This document shows, piece after piece, positions 10,264 through 20,596 of a stretch of DNA of 64,000 nucleotides. A program made the translations under genes and the position numbers. This DNA comes from Gemmatimonadota bacterium (lineage in GTDB: Bacteria > Gemmatimonadota > Gemmatimonadetes > Palauibacterales > Palauibacteraceae). The stretch lies in the NCBI GenBank assembly GCA_963666735.1, contig OY762926.1, forward strand, positions 2,784,001 to 2,848,000, given 5' to 3'. How positions within the stretch are numbered: position 1 is the first letter of the stretch; every line of letters begins with the position of its first letter. Under the pieces are notes generated by a model. The model saw only the letters and a program-made list of their open reading frames with translations. It was not told the origin of the DNA and did not search any database.

Positions 10264-10632
10264 TTATCCCTCCTCGAGGATCGTCCGCAGGCGCTCGATC
10301 TCCTCCGGGGCAAGTTTCTCGTCTTCGATCAATTGCGTGATCATGGGGACCAGCGAGCCCCCCGTGATGCGGTCGGCCAGCGCCTCCAGCCGCCCGGACG
10401 CGTACGCCTCGCGGCTGATCTGTGCCGAAAAGAGCTGAGTCCCGAGACTGCCGTCACGGTGGACGAAACCCTTGTCCTCGAGCCGCTGCAGGAGTCGCTG
10501 GATGGTGCCGTGCGCCGACCTCGTGGCGTCCGGATAGAGCTGTTCGCGGAGTCGGCGCGCCGTGAGGCGCCCCTCCTTCCAGAGTTGCTCCATGACCGCG
10601 AGTTCGGCGTTGGCCAGACGCGGCGTCGTCAT
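10264..10632 (-). CDS. BlaI/MecI/CopY family transcriptional repressor
   Basis: L.NAELAVMEQLW, TIQRLLQRLEDKGFV, GGS; downstream of an M56 gene. Confidence 0.9.
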   Translation of the reverse strand: MTTPRLANAELAVMEQLWKEGRLTARRLREQLYPDATRSAHGTIQRLLQRLEDKGFVHRDGSLGTQLFSAQISREAYASGRLEALADRITGGSLVPMITQLIEDEKLAPEEIERLRTILEEG

Positions 10633-10684
10633 GTGGATCCCCTTCTTGATCGGCTTCGGCACGGGGGCGTCGACCCCCGCACCA

Positions 10685-12265
10685 TCATCTCTTGAGGCGC
10701 AGCTTCACACACGTCATCGCGCCGGTGACGCCGACGCCATCGGAAGAACTCACGATCGAGCCGTCCGCACCGCTGCATTCGATGTGCAGCCTACCGAGGA
10801 ACCCGTTCACCGCGAGGGGACGCACGCGCAGGTGGCGGGCGAGTTCGGCCCTCACCGCCGCCGCTTGCGGCGAGAGCCCGGCCTCCAGCATCGCGGATCG
10901 AAGACCCGCGAGGTCCAACTCAACGACCTTGTGGTCTCCGGCTCCGTCGTCCGGCGTCACGGCCAGGAACAGGTCGGCGGGAGTGCGGTCGGAGAGGGCC
11001 GCCTCCCCGGCGGCACGCACGGCCCTGGCGAGTTCGACCGGGAGTGCGTGCTCCGCCGCGAATGCCTCGAGTTGGTCGCCGAGCGTGCGCAGCTGCAGGG
11101 GTCGGTCCGCAGCCGGACCGTCACCCCCTCCATCGAGCTGCGCGATTGCCGCCTCCTGATCCGAGCGCGGGTAGAAACCGCTCGGCGCGAGATCCAGATC
11201 GCCGACGCGCGTGTCCAGGTTCTTCGAAACGATGGCCGGGTCGACGGAGGTGAGGTCGGACTGATCAGTGCAGTAGATGAGGCCGCCCGCGAGCAGGCAG
11301 ACGGCTCCCGAGCGCAGGGCGACGCGGAGCCAGCGCGGGGTGGGGGTCGGGGTGCGGGTCGTCATGATCACGCGAAATCTCCTTTCAAGCCGTGACGCTC
11401 GGCCGCAGCGGTCGAGCGTGCTCGCGAAGGTGAGGGGGCCCGGCGCCGGAGTCTTCGACATGAAGTCGATCACTCGGAGTAGCGCCCCGGCGTAGGCGCG
11501 GGGTTCGGCTTCGATCGTCGCGACGGCGAGAGCGTCGCAGCACAACTCCTCGGACGCCCTCAACCGCCGGCGGGCCCACCAGGCCACCGGGTTCCACCAG
11601 AAGGCCGCGCAGGCGAGCCATTCGAGCCAGCGCACGACGTGGTCGCGGCGCCGGACGTGGGCGAGTTCGTGCGCCAGGATGCAGCGCAGTTCCGACGCGT
11701 CCATGTCGCCCAGAAGCTCCGAGGGGAGGAGGACCCGGATTTTCCCGCCGGCCCACCACACCATCGGCGACAACTGCGCGCGCGTCGCGTACACGGTCGG
11801 GGCCGGGCCGAGTCCGATCCTGTGGGCGACCTCCCGCGCGAGGCGCTGGACCTCGGGCGGCGCGGTTTGCGATGCCCTCGCGAGCGAGCGATGGAAGCGC
11901 AGCGTGCGCACGAGCGTCCATCCGAGTATGGAAGCCGTGCCCGCGAGCCATAGCCAGACAAGCGCTTCCTTGCCGTGGCTCCCGAGCCAACCGAGCAGCA
12001 TGGCCCACGCCGATGGCGCCGGTTCCGCCTGCGGAAGGCCGACCGCAGCCAGCGGCCCGACCGGATTGACTTCCGCCGACCAGACCGGAATCGAGACGAC
12101 CGGCGGTACGAGCAGGACCGCGAGCGGCAGCAGCCACAGCCCGTGCGCCAGCGGAGGGCTCCCGAGGCGCCGCGCCACGAGCCGCGCCACGATCCACGCC
12201 ACTCCGGCAAGGCCGATCGAGATCGCCAGCTTGCTGGCCCCGATCTGGAGAATCACGTCCGTCAT
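10685..12265 (-). CDS. M56 family (BlaR1-like) membrane metallopeptidase / signal transducer
   Basis: TM helices, ILAHELAHVRRRD, WWNP..W, EE.CCD, YA.ALL; C-terminal domain is not PBP-like. Confidence 0.88.
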   Translation of the reverse strand: MTDVILQIGASKLAISIGLAGVAWIVARLVARRLGSPPLAHGLWLLPLAVLLVPPVVSIPVWSAEVNPVGPLAAVGLPQAEPAPSAWAMLLGWLGSHGKEALVWLWLAGTASILGWTLVRTLRFHRSLARASQTAPPEVQRLAREVAHRIGLGPAPTVYATRAQLSPMVWWAGGKIRVLLPSELLGDMDASELRCILAHELAHVRRRDHVVRWLEWLACAAFWWNPVAWWARRRLRASEELCCDALAVATIEAEPRAYAGALLRVIDFMSKTPAPGPLTFASTLDRCGRASRLERRFRVIMTTRTPTPTPRWLRVALRSGAVCLLAGGLIYCTDQSDLTSVDPAIVSKNLDTRVGDLDLAPSGFYPRSDQEAAIAQLDGGGDGPAADRPLQLRTLGDQLEAFAAEHALPVELARAVRAAGEAALSDRTPADLFLAVTPDDGAGDHKVVELDLAGLRSAMLEAGLSPQAAAVRAELARHLRVRPLAVNGFLGRLHIECSGADGSIVSSSDGVGVTGAMTCVKLRLKR

Positions 12266-12297
12266 CCGTCTCCCGCTCGATTCGGAACAGTCTTTCT

Positions 12298-12335
12298 CAC
12301 GACGACATGTCGTAATCTTACGACGAAATGTCGTG
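12298..12335. promoter_or_regulatory. Tandem BlaI-type operator (two ACGAC-N5-GTCGT palindromes)
   Basis: CACGAC-GACAT-GTCGTA at 12298-12314 and TACGAC-GAAAT-GTCGTG at 12319-12335, 21-bp period, just upstream of the M56-BlaI operon. Confidence 0.75.
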
Positions 12336-12515
12336 AACATCAAGCGGGGCCGGCGAAGGCCTTCTCGCACGCGAGGTCGCCGGAGACCCCCGTTTCAGAT
12401 TCCGGTGGGTTCATCTATTGTATCCAAGCTGTATGGTCGGGTGGGGTGGCCGGTGTCGGTTCCTTCGCCCGTGCCCTCCCTCCCGCAGAACCCCCAGTCG
12501 AACGAGGTATGGAAC

Positions 12516-15500
12516 ATGCGTACGCGCTCAGGGCTCCCGGTGTCTCTGTCTCTTCTCGCGGTGCTCGCCCTCACCGCGGCCCCTCTTCCCGCTCTCGCCC
12601 AGGACGCCGGTCTGCAGGCGGCCGTCCAGGCGCTCGAATGGCGTGAAATCGGCCCCACGATCATGGGTGGCCGGGTCGCCGACATCGCGGTCGACGAGGC
12701 CGATCCGTCCACCTTCTACGTCGGCGTGGCGACGGGCGGCGTGTGGAAGACGATCAACGGCGGGTCGACCTTCGAGTCGATGTTCGACGACCAGCCGATG
12801 CTGTCCGTCGGGGACATCACCCTCGCCCCCTCGAACCCGAACGTCGTGTGGGTCGGGTCGGGAGAGCCGCAGAACCGGCAGTCCTCCCCGTGGGGGATGG
12901 GCGTGTTCCGGTCGACGGACGCCGGCCGGACGTGGACACATCTCGGACTCGAGGCGACGAACCACATCTCCCGCATCCAGGTGCACCCGCGGAATCCGGA
13001 CGTGGCCTACGTGGCGGCGATGGGTCGCCTGTGGGGCCCGAACCCCGAGCGCGGCGTGTACCGGACGATGGACGGAGGCGAGACGTGGGAACTCGTCCTC
13101 CATGTCGACGAGCACACGGGTGCGATCGACCTCGCCATGGATCCGGGCGATCCGATGACGCTGTTCGCGGCGATGTACCAGCGGCAGCGGACGCTGTGGG
13201 GCTTCAACGGCGGCGGACCGGGCGGCGGCATCTACCGGACGATGGACGGCGGCGACAACTGGACGAAGCTGGCCGGCGGCCTGCCGGAGGGTGACGTCGG
13301 CCGCATCGGGCTCGACATCTACCGCCGGGACGGCAACGTCGTGATGGCGATCGTCGAGGCCGACGCGCGCGCCCCCGGGGGCGGTGGCGGTCCGCAGGGT
13401 CCCGGAGACCCCGACCGCAAGACGGGGACCTACAAGTCGACCGACCGCGGCGAGACGTGGGTGCAGACCAGCACGACCAACAACCGTCCCATGTACTACA
13501 GCCAGATCCGCATCGACCCGAACGATCCCGAACGGATCTATCTGGGCGGATCGAGCCTGTACCGCTCCTCGGATGGCGGGAACAACTTCACGCCCGACGC
13601 GGCCTCCGAGGTCCACTCCGACCACCACGCGCTGTGGATCGACCCGGCGAACTCCGACCACCTCATCCTCGGCGGCGACGGCGGCGTCTCGATCAGCTGG
13701 GACCGCTCGGACAACTGGCGTCAGCTGACGAACCTTCCGCTGGCGCAGTTCTACGAGATCGGCGTGGATAACCGCGATCCCTACCACGTGTGCGGCGGTT
13801 TGCAGGACAACGGCTCGTGGTGCGGTCCCTCGGACACCTGGTCCAACCAGGGGATCCGGCCCCGCGACTGGTACAACATCGGGAGCGGCGACGGCTACTT
13901 CACCGTCCTCCACCCCAACGGCGAGACGATGCTCGCGGAGTCCCAGAACGGGAACCTGATGCGGACGAACCTCAAGACGGGCGAGCGCCTGCGGATGCGG
14001 CCGCTGGGACGCCCCGGGGAAGGTGAGGAGGATCCGCCCGGCTACCGCTGGAACTGGGACACGCCGATCGAGGTCTCGCCGAGCGACCCGAACACGGTCT
14101 ACTACGGCGGCAACGTGGTGTTCAAGTCGACGGACTACGGGCAGACGTGGGAGCAGATCTCCCCCGACCTGACGAAGGCCATCGACCGCCAAACGCTCGA
14201 GATCATGGGCGTCCTCGGCTCCGAGCCGATGATGTCGGCCAACGACGGGACGTCGACCTTCGGCAACATGATCTCGATCGAGGAATCGCCGCTCGATCCG
14301 ATGGTCGTGTACGCGGGCACCGACGACGGAAACCTGCAGGTGACGCGGGATGGCGGCGCGAATTGGATGAACGTGGCGCCGAACATGCCGGGCGTGCCGG
14401 ATCAGCTGTACATGACTCGCATCGTGGCCTCGCACGCCGACGCCGGCACCGTGTGGGTGGCGGGGGACAACCACCGCAACGACGACATGGCCCCGTACCT
14501 GTACGTGTCGAACGACTTCGGCGAGACGTGGCGCGCGGTAAGGGACGGGATCCCGGACGGATGGTCGCTGAACGCGCTGGCGCAGCACCCGCGCGCGGCG
14601 AACCTCCTCTTCGCCGGCAACGAGATCGGCACCTACTTCTCGATCGACGCCGGAAACTCGTGGCACCCGCTGCTGCGGAACATGCCGCCGGCGCCGGTGG
14701 ACGACATCAAGATCCAGGAGCGCGAGAACGACCTCGTCATCGGCACGCACGGACGCGGGATCTGGATCATGGAGGACATCACGCCGCTCGAGGAGCTGAG
14801 CCAGGCCGTGCTCGCCTCCGAGGTGCACCTGTTCTCGACGCAGTCGGCGGTCGCCTACAACCCGTACACGCCGCAGGGCTGGACGCCGGGCGTATGGGAG
14901 GCGGACAACCCGCCTCCGGGTGCCCGGATCCGCTACTGGCTGGGCAGCGACCTGCCGGAGGCCCCGATGGCCGACGAGGAAGGCGGCGACAGCGGCGAGC
15001 GCATCGTCACCAGCGGCGGGCCGTCCGCCAACGGCGATGACCCGGCGCCGATGTCCGCGATGGCGGGCAAGGCGACGGTCGCGATTCTCGACTCCGACGG
15101 CTCCGTGATCCGGGAACTCGAGGGCGGCGGCGGCCGCGGCCTCAACGAGGTCATGTGGGATCTGCGCTACGAGCCTCCGCCGGCCGCGCCGGGCGGTGGC
15201 GGGTTCTTCCGCGCCGGCGCCACGGCGCCCAGGATCCTGCCCGGCACGTACACGGCCCGGCTGGAGGCGGCCGGCCAGACGATGGAGACATCGGTCACCG
15301 TGCGGCTCGATCCGCGCGTGAACATCAGCAATGGCGACTTGATGGCGCGGCAGGAAGCGCTCATGAGCGCCTATGCGCTGGCGAAGCCGACCAACGAGGG
15401 ACTGCAGGCGCTGAGCCGGATGCGCGAACACCTGTCTTCCATCGAGGACCAGCTCGAGGACCACGACGTGTCCGAGTCGCTGACGGCGGACGTCGAAGCC

Positions 15501-15773
15501 GCGGGCGAGGAACTCGACGAGATCGGCGAGGAGCTCGGGACGGCCCGGGCGGGTGCCGGAGTGTCCGGCAGCCTGTCCGGCTACCACACGGCGCCAACGG
15601 CCGACATGCTGTATCAGCTCGAGCGCGGCTGGGGCGCGCTGCCCGGCGCCATCGACCGCCTCAACGCCGTCATCGAGGACCGCATGCCGGCGCTCTACGC
15701 CGCGCTGCAGGCGGCGGGGGTCCGTCCGGAGCTCGGCGATCCGGTGGAAGTTCCGATGCCGCCGATGCGCTGA
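12516..15773 (+). CDS. Exported VPS10/BNR (Asp-box) repeat protein, glycosyl hydrolase-like
   Basis: Signal peptide, WREIGP..MGGRV, repeated S.DGG.TW Asp boxes, GGLQDNGSW, GTHGRGIW. Confidence 0.85.
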   Translation: MRTRSGLPVSLSLLAVLALTAAPLPALAQDAGLQAAVQALEWREIGPTIMGGRVADIAVDEADPSTFYVGVATGGVWKTINGGSTFESMFDDQPMLSVGDITLAPSNPNVVWVGSGEPQNRQSSPWGMGVFRSTDAGRTWTHLGLEATNHISRIQVHPRNPDVAYVAAMGRLWGPNPERGVYRTMDGGETWELVLHVDEHTGAIDLAMDPGDPMTLFAAMYQRQRTLWGFNGGGPGGGIYRTMDGGDNWTKLAGGLPEGDVGRIGLDIYRRDGNVVMAIVEADARAPGGGGGPQGPGDPDRKTGTYKSTDRGETWVQTSTTNNRPMYYSQIRIDPNDPERIYLGGSSLYRSSDGGNNFTPDAASEVHSDHHALWIDPANSDHLILGGDGGVSISWDRSDNWRQLTNLPLAQFYEIGVDNRDPYHVCGGLQDNGSWCGPSDTWSNQGIRPRDWYNIGSGDGYFTVLHPNGETMLAESQNGNLMRTNLKTGERLRMRPLGRPGEGEEDPPGYRWNWDTPIEVSPSDPNTVYYGGNVVFKSTDYGQTWEQISPDLTKAIDRQTLEIMGVLGSEPMMSANDGTSTFGNMISIEESPLDPMVVYAGTDDGNLQVTRDGGANWMNVAPNMPGVPDQLYMTRIVASHADAGTVWVAGDNHRNDDMAPYLYVSNDFGETWRAVRDGIPDGWSLNALAQHPRAANLLFAGNEIGTYFSIDAGNSWHPLLRNMPPAPVDDIKIQERENDLVIGTHGRGIWIMEDITPLEELSQAVLASEVHLFSTQSAVAYNPYTPQGWTPGVWEADNPPPGARIRYWLGSDLPEAPMADEEGGDSGERIVTSGGPSANGDDPAPMSAMAGKATVAILDSDGSVIRELEGGGGRGLNEVMWDLRYEPPPAAPGGGGFFRAGATAPRILPGTYTARLEAAGQTMETSVTVRLDPRVNISNGDLMARQEALMSAYALAKPTNEGLQALSRMREHLSSIEDQLEDHDVSESLTADVEAAGEELDEIGEELGTARAGAGVSGSLSGYHTAPTADMLYQLERGWGALPGAIDRLNAVIEDRMPALYAALQAAGVRPELGDPVEVPMPPMR

Positions 15774-15890
15774 CGCAGCCGCCGGACTGCCGGGGCCGGG
15801 CGTTGAACCCGGCTCCAGCCGAAGCCGCCCGCCGCGAACCCGGAGATTCGGGCTCGCCGGCGGGCGGCGGCGCTTCCGGCCGGGAGGACT

Positions 15891-15919
15891 TTGGCTTCCG
15901 GGTACGCCGTCGCCATAAT
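15891..15919 (+). promoter_or_regulatory. Putative sigma70 promoter of the M14 peptidase gene
   Basis: TTGGCT-N17-CATAAT; preceded by a strong GC hairpin (~15825-15868). Confidence 0.55.
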
Positions 15920-15976
15920 GGGTGCCGAAACTCTGCACACGATTCGCGCCACGATTCGCGCAAGGAGAGTCCGCAA

Positions 15977-18826
15977 ATGTCGTTTTCCGCCCCCCACCGG
16001 GCTTTCGCCCGCCGCGTCCCGCCGGCCATCGCGATCGTCCTCGGAGCCCTGGTCGCCCGACCCGGCGTCGCGCAGGAGCTGACGACGCCCGAGGCGTTCT
16101 TCGGCCACCGGATCGGCGCCGACTACGAACTCCCGGACTACGGCGACCTCACCCGCTACTGGGAGACGCTGGCCGCCGAATCGCCGCGCATGACGCTGCA
16201 GTCGATCGGGACGACGGCCGAGGGCCGCGAGCAGCTCATGGCGATCGTGACCTCGCCCGAGAACCACGCGAACCTCGACGACTACCGGGAGATTTCCCAA
16301 CGCCTGGCGCTCGCGAGGGGTGTGTCGGAGGAAGAGGCCCGGGCCCTTGCCCGGCGCGGCAAGGCGGTCGTGTGGATCGACGGCGGCCTCCACGCGACGG
16401 AGGTGCTGGGCGCGCAGCAGCTGATGGAGACGCTGTGGCAGTTCGTGAGCGGGACCGACGACGAGACGATGCGGATCCTCGACGACGTCATCATCCTCTT
16501 CGTCCACGCGAACCCCGACGGGATGGACCTCGTCTCGAACTGGTACACGCGGATCGAGGAGAAGACGGAGCGCAGCACGCGCGGCATCCCCGTCCTCTAC
16601 CAGAAGTACGTGGGGCATGACAACAACCGCGACTTCTATTCGTCCTTCCAGCCGGAATCGGAGAACATGAACCGGCAGATGTACCGGACGTGGTATCCGC
16701 AGATCGTCTACAACCACCACCAGACGGGGCCCACGGGGACCGTCCTCTTCGCGCCTCCCTTCCGCGATCCCTTCAACTACAACATCGACCCCATGGTCAT
16801 TACGGGGATCGATCTCGTGGGGTCGGCCATGCACTCGCGCTTCACGGAGGAGGGGAAGCCGGGAGCGACGCGGCGGCGCGGCGCGAACTACTCCACGTGG
16901 TGGAACGGCGGCCTGCGCACGACGCCCTACTTCAAGAACATGATCGGGCTCCTCACGGAGACGATCGGAAACCCGACCCCGATGGAGATCCCGCTCATCC
17001 TCGAGCGGGTGCTGCCCAACGACAATCTGCCCGCCCCGATCGAGCCGCAGCCGTGGCACTTCCGGCAGTCGGTCGACTACTCGGTGACCGCGAACAAGGC
17101 GGTGCTCGACGTCGCCTCGCGCTACCGGGAGACGTTCCTGTACCGCATCTGGCGCATGGGGATGAACTCGATCGAGCGGGGAGGCGAGGACAGCTGGACG
17201 ATCCACCCGAGGCGCGTGGACTGGCTGCGCCAGGAGATGCGGGCCGGGGCGGGCGAGACGGACTTCGCCCGCAACGTCGGCGGCTTCGGCGGCAGCCGCG
17301 GTACGCGCGCGGACTACGAGAAGCTGTTCGACTCCGACCTGCGCGACCCTCGCGGGTACATCCTCCCCTCGGACCAGGCCGACTTCCCGACCGCGACGAA
17401 GTTCGTCAACGCGCTGCTCGAGAACGGCGTCGCCGTGGAGCGCGCGACCTCGGACTTCGCGGTCGGCGCGGAACAGTATCCGGAGGGCTCGTATGTGGTG
17501 CGGGCCGCGCAGGCGTTCCGGCCGCACGTGCTCGACATGTTCGAGCCGCAGGACCACCCGGACGACTTCCCTTATCCGGGGGCGTCCCCGACCCCGCCGT
17601 ACGACAACGCGGGGTGGACGCTCGCGATCCAGATGGGGGTCGAGTTCGACCGCATCCTGGAGGGCTTCGACGGGCCCTTCGAGGAGATCACCGACTGGAA
17701 CGCGAGCCCGATGCCGGGCGTCGTCGCGGACGCGGACGGGGCGGACGGCTTCCTGTTCAGCCACGAGGCGAACGACGCGTTCACGGCGATCAACCGGCTC
17801 CAGGCCTCGGGGCACGAGGTCTACTGGCTCACTTCCGCGCTGCGCGAAGGCGGTCGGATGCACCCGCCCGGGACCTTCTACGTCAAGAACCGGCGCGGCA
17901 CGGGCGACGCGGTCGCGGAGCTGGCCGCCGAACTGGGAATCGGTTTTCGGGGTCTGGCGAACGACCCGGACGCGGAGGCCCTGCGCCTGCGGGCGCCCCG
18001 GATCGCGCTCTGGGACACGTACGGCGGCTCCATGCCGTCCGGCTGGATTCGCTGGATCCTCGAGCAGTTCGAGTACGCAGACTTCGAACTCGCCTTCCCG
18101 CAGCGGCTCAACGCGGGAGATCTGAGCGACGACTACGATGTCATCATCTTCCCGCAGGGCGCCATCGGTTCGCAGTTCGAGGAGGTCTTCGCGGGCGTTC
18201 CCGACTCCGTCCGGCAGCGAATGATGCGCCAGTTCGGGTTCGGCGCGCCGGATCCGGAGACGATTCCCGAGGAGTACCGGGACCGGCTGGGCCGGGTCAC
18301 CCCCGATGCGACGATGCCGGCGCTGATCGAGTTCCTCGAGGACGGCGGCTCGATCGTCACCATCGGCGGTTCCACCTCTCTCGGACAGGGGCTGGGACTC
18401 CCGCTGGAGGACCACCTCGTGAAGGATGGGCAACCGTTGGGCCGGGAGGAGTACTACGTGCCCGGATCGATCCTGGAGGTCACGGTGGACAACTCGCGGC
18501 TCGTCACCACGGGGGTGCCGTCAACGCTCCCGGTATCGTTCAACAACAGCCCGGTGTTCAGCGTCACGGCGCTGGCGGCGGGAGACAACGGTGCGAGCGG
18601 CGTGACGCCGCTCGCCTGGTTCGACACCGACCAACCGCTCATCAGCGGCTGGGCCTGGGGCCAGGAGTACCTCCAGGGCGGCGTGACGATGGCGGAGGCC
18701 GAGGTGGGCGACGGGCACCTGTACCTGTTCGGCCCGCTCATCACGCGGCGCGCCCAGCCGCACGGCACCTTCAAGTTCCTGTTCAACGCGATCGCGCTCT
18801 CGACCGCCGAGCCCGAGCGCCCGTAG
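15977..18826 (+). CDS. Exported M14 family zinc carboxypeptidase
   Basis: SD AAGGAG; GGLHATE (HxxE), NPDG, HDNNRD, YNHHQ. Confidence 0.88.
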   Translation: MSFSAPHRAFARRVPPAIAIVLGALVARPGVAQELTTPEAFFGHRIGADYELPDYGDLTRYWETLAAESPRMTLQSIGTTAEGREQLMAIVTSPENHANLDDYREISQRLALARGVSEEEARALARRGKAVVWIDGGLHATEVLGAQQLMETLWQFVSGTDDETMRILDDVIILFVHANPDGMDLVSNWYTRIEEKTERSTRGIPVLYQKYVGHDNNRDFYSSFQPESENMNRQMYRTWYPQIVYNHHQTGPTGTVLFAPPFRDPFNYNIDPMVITGIDLVGSAMHSRFTEEGKPGATRRRGANYSTWWNGGLRTTPYFKNMIGLLTETIGNPTPMEIPLILERVLPNDNLPAPIEPQPWHFRQSVDYSVTANKAVLDVASRYRETFLYRIWRMGMNSIERGGEDSWTIHPRRVDWLRQEMRAGAGETDFARNVGGFGGSRGTRADYEKLFDSDLRDPRGYILPSDQADFPTATKFVNALLENGVAVERATSDFAVGAEQYPEGSYVVRAAQAFRPHVLDMFEPQDHPDDFPYPGASPTPPYDNAGWTLAIQMGVEFDRILEGFDGPFEEITDWNASPMPGVVADADGADGFLFSHEANDAFTAINRLQASGHEVYWLTSALREGGRMHPPGTFYVKNRRGTGDAVAELAAELGIGFRGLANDPDAEALRLRAPRIALWDTYGGSMPSGWIRWILEQFEYADFELAFPQRLNAGDLSDDYDVIIFPQGAIGSQFEEVFAGVPDSVRQRMMRQFGFGAPDPETIPEEYRDRLGRVTPDATMPALIEFLEDGGSIVTIGGSTSLGQGLGLPLEDHLVKDGQPLGREEYYVPGSILEVTVDNSRLVTTGVPSTLPVSFNNSPVFSVTALAAGDNGASGVTPLAWFDTDQPLISGWAWGQEYLQGGVTMAEAEVGDGHLYLFGPLITRRAQPHGTFKFLFNAIALSTAEPERP

Positions 18827-18902
18827 GGCCGTAGGGGCGCTCAAGGGCTCGGACGGAACGATTCGGGGGATCCGGTCGTCGTTGGCCGGCCGCTTCCCCC
18901 CC

Positions 18903-19784
18903 ATGCCGTCGTCCTCTCTGTCCGTCATCCTCAGCACCTACAATGCGCCGGACGAACTGGAACGCACGCTCTGGGGCTATTTGGCGCAGACGCGCACGGA
19001 TTTCGAGGTGGTCGTCGCCGATGACGGCTCGGGGCCGGAGACCAGCGACCGGATCGAGCAACTGCGGGCACCGACCGGTCTGGCAATCTCCCACGTCTGG
19101 CAGAAGGATGACGGGTTCAGGAAATGTCGCATCCTGAACCGGGCGATCGTCGAGGCCCGGGGAGAATACCTCATCCTCAGCGACGGCGACTGCATCCCGC
19201 GCGACGATTTCGTGAGTACGCACGCCCGGCTCGCCAGACGGGGGTTCTTCCTTTCGGGCGGGAGAGTTCGCCTCTCCAGCGCGGCTGCGGCGCGCATCGA
19301 GAGGGACGATGTGCTCGACGGATCGCTGTTCGAGGCGTCGTGGCTCCGTGGCCGCGAGGCGCTCTTGCGCGGGCGCGACCGGAGCAAACTGATCCGCTCA
19401 CCGCGGCGCGCCGAGTGGTTCGACCGCTTGACGACGACCCGCGCGACGTGGAACGGACACAACGCGTCGGCCTGGAAGACCGATCTCCTGCGCGTGAACG
19501 GCTTCGATGAGCGCATGACCTACCCCGTCGAAGACCGCGAACTCGGCGAGCGCCTCCGCAACGCCGGGGTTCGTCCCCTCCAGGCTCGGCATCGGGCGGT
19601 CTGCGCTCACGTCGAGCACGACCGTCCGTGGCTCGATACCGAAGCGCAGGCAACGAACGAACGGCTGCGCGCCGAGACCCGGGGCATGCCCCGCCCGCTC
19701 CGGATCCTTCAAGGCCTCGCGCGCGGTCGCGACTGGACCGAGCACGGGATCCGCAAGGGTCCGCGACCCGCGGCTCACAAGTAG
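18903..19784 (+). CDS. Glycosyltransferase family 2 (with GT7C-like C-terminus)
   Basis: SVILSTYN, VVADDGS, SDGDC, NGFDE, EDRE. Confidence 0.9.
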   Translation: MPSSSLSVILSTYNAPDELERTLWGYLAQTRTDFEVVVADDGSGPETSDRIEQLRAPTGLAISHVWQKDDGFRKCRILNRAIVEARGEYLILSDGDCIPRDDFVSTHARLARRGFFLSGGRVRLSSAAAARIERDDVLDGSLFEASWLRGREALLRGRDRSKLIRSPRRAEWFDRLTTTRATWNGHNASAWKTDLLRVNGFDERMTYPVEDRELGERLRNAGVRPLQARHRAVCAHVEHDRPWLDTEAQATNERLRAETRGMPRPLRILQGLARGRDWTEHGIRKGPRPAAHK

Positions 19785-20596
19785 CGGTCGATGCCCCGTT
19801 CAACGCGGACCGCGTCGGATCGAACCCGGCGCTCGAAGCGCTCGCGGCTGGCGGGACCGGGCGGGCGCGACTCGTGCCAGAGGTGGAGGACGGGGACGGC
19901 GTAGCGGCCTTCCTTGCGGCGTACTCCGTTTCGGATAAGGCGAACGACGAGATCGTTGTCCTCGAAGCCCCAGCCCCGGAAGCCCTCGTCGAACCCGTTC
20001 ACCGCCAGGAAGTCCGAGCGCCACAGCGCGAGATTGCACCCCTTGACGCCGCGCCACCGTCGCGGCGATACGCGGCGCAGAGGTCCCAGCGGCAACCGCA
20101 GAAGCGGGGTGAACCGGTCCACGCGCCCCCGGAGCCATTCGCCGAGCCAGCGGGCGGCGCTCCAGCGCCCGATTGCGGGCCCCTGCTCGATCGCGCTCCG
20201 CGAGAGTCCGGGCTCGAGCCTCACCCGGCTGCCGTGGACGAAGTGCCCCGCCTCGGCGAGCCGTGCGTGTCGTCCCACGTAGTCCGGCCGCACGAGACAG
20301 TCGCCGTCTAGGAAGATCAGGTACGGCTGTTCGGTCGCGGCGGCGGCCCGGTTTCGGATCGCGGCCAGCCGATACCCGCGGTCCTCCTGCAGCACGTGCA
20401 GCACGCGCGGGCCGGGGTCTTCGGCCCGGCGCGCAACGAGTGCGCGCGTGTCCGGTCCCGAGCCGTCGTCCGCCACGACGATCTCGAACCGTCGGTACGT
20501 CTGTTCGGCGAGACTCCGCAGGACCGCGTCGAGAGCGTCGGGCCGGTTGTAGGTCGAGACGATGACCGCGATGCCGGGGCCGTCGGGCGCCTTCAC
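19775..20596 (-). CDS. Glycosyltransferase family 2 (with GT7C-like C-terminus)
   Basis: VIVSTYN, ADDGS, FLDGDC, GCN, NGFDE.F.GWGFED, HLWH. Confidence 0.9.
   Translation of the reverse strand: MKAPDGPGIAVIVSTYNRPDALDAVLRSLAEQTYRRFEIVVADDGSGPDTRALVARRAEDPGPRVLHVLQEDRGYRLAAIRNRAAAATEQPYLIFLDGDCLVRPDYVGRHARLAEAGHFVHGSRVRLEPGLSRSAIEQGPAIGRWSAARWLGEWLRGRVDRFTPLLRLPLGPLRRVSPRRWRGVKGCNLALWRSDFLAVNGFDEGFRGWGFEDNDLVVRLIRNGVRRKEGRYAVPVLHLWHESRPPGPASRERFERRVRSDAVRVERGIDRYL

Noticed and set aside
11679..12515. N-terminal extensions given by the ORF track (also 15155, 31198, 40357, 57636, 60220)
   Set aside because: They overlap neighbouring real genes; SD sequences and signal peptides indicate downstream starts.
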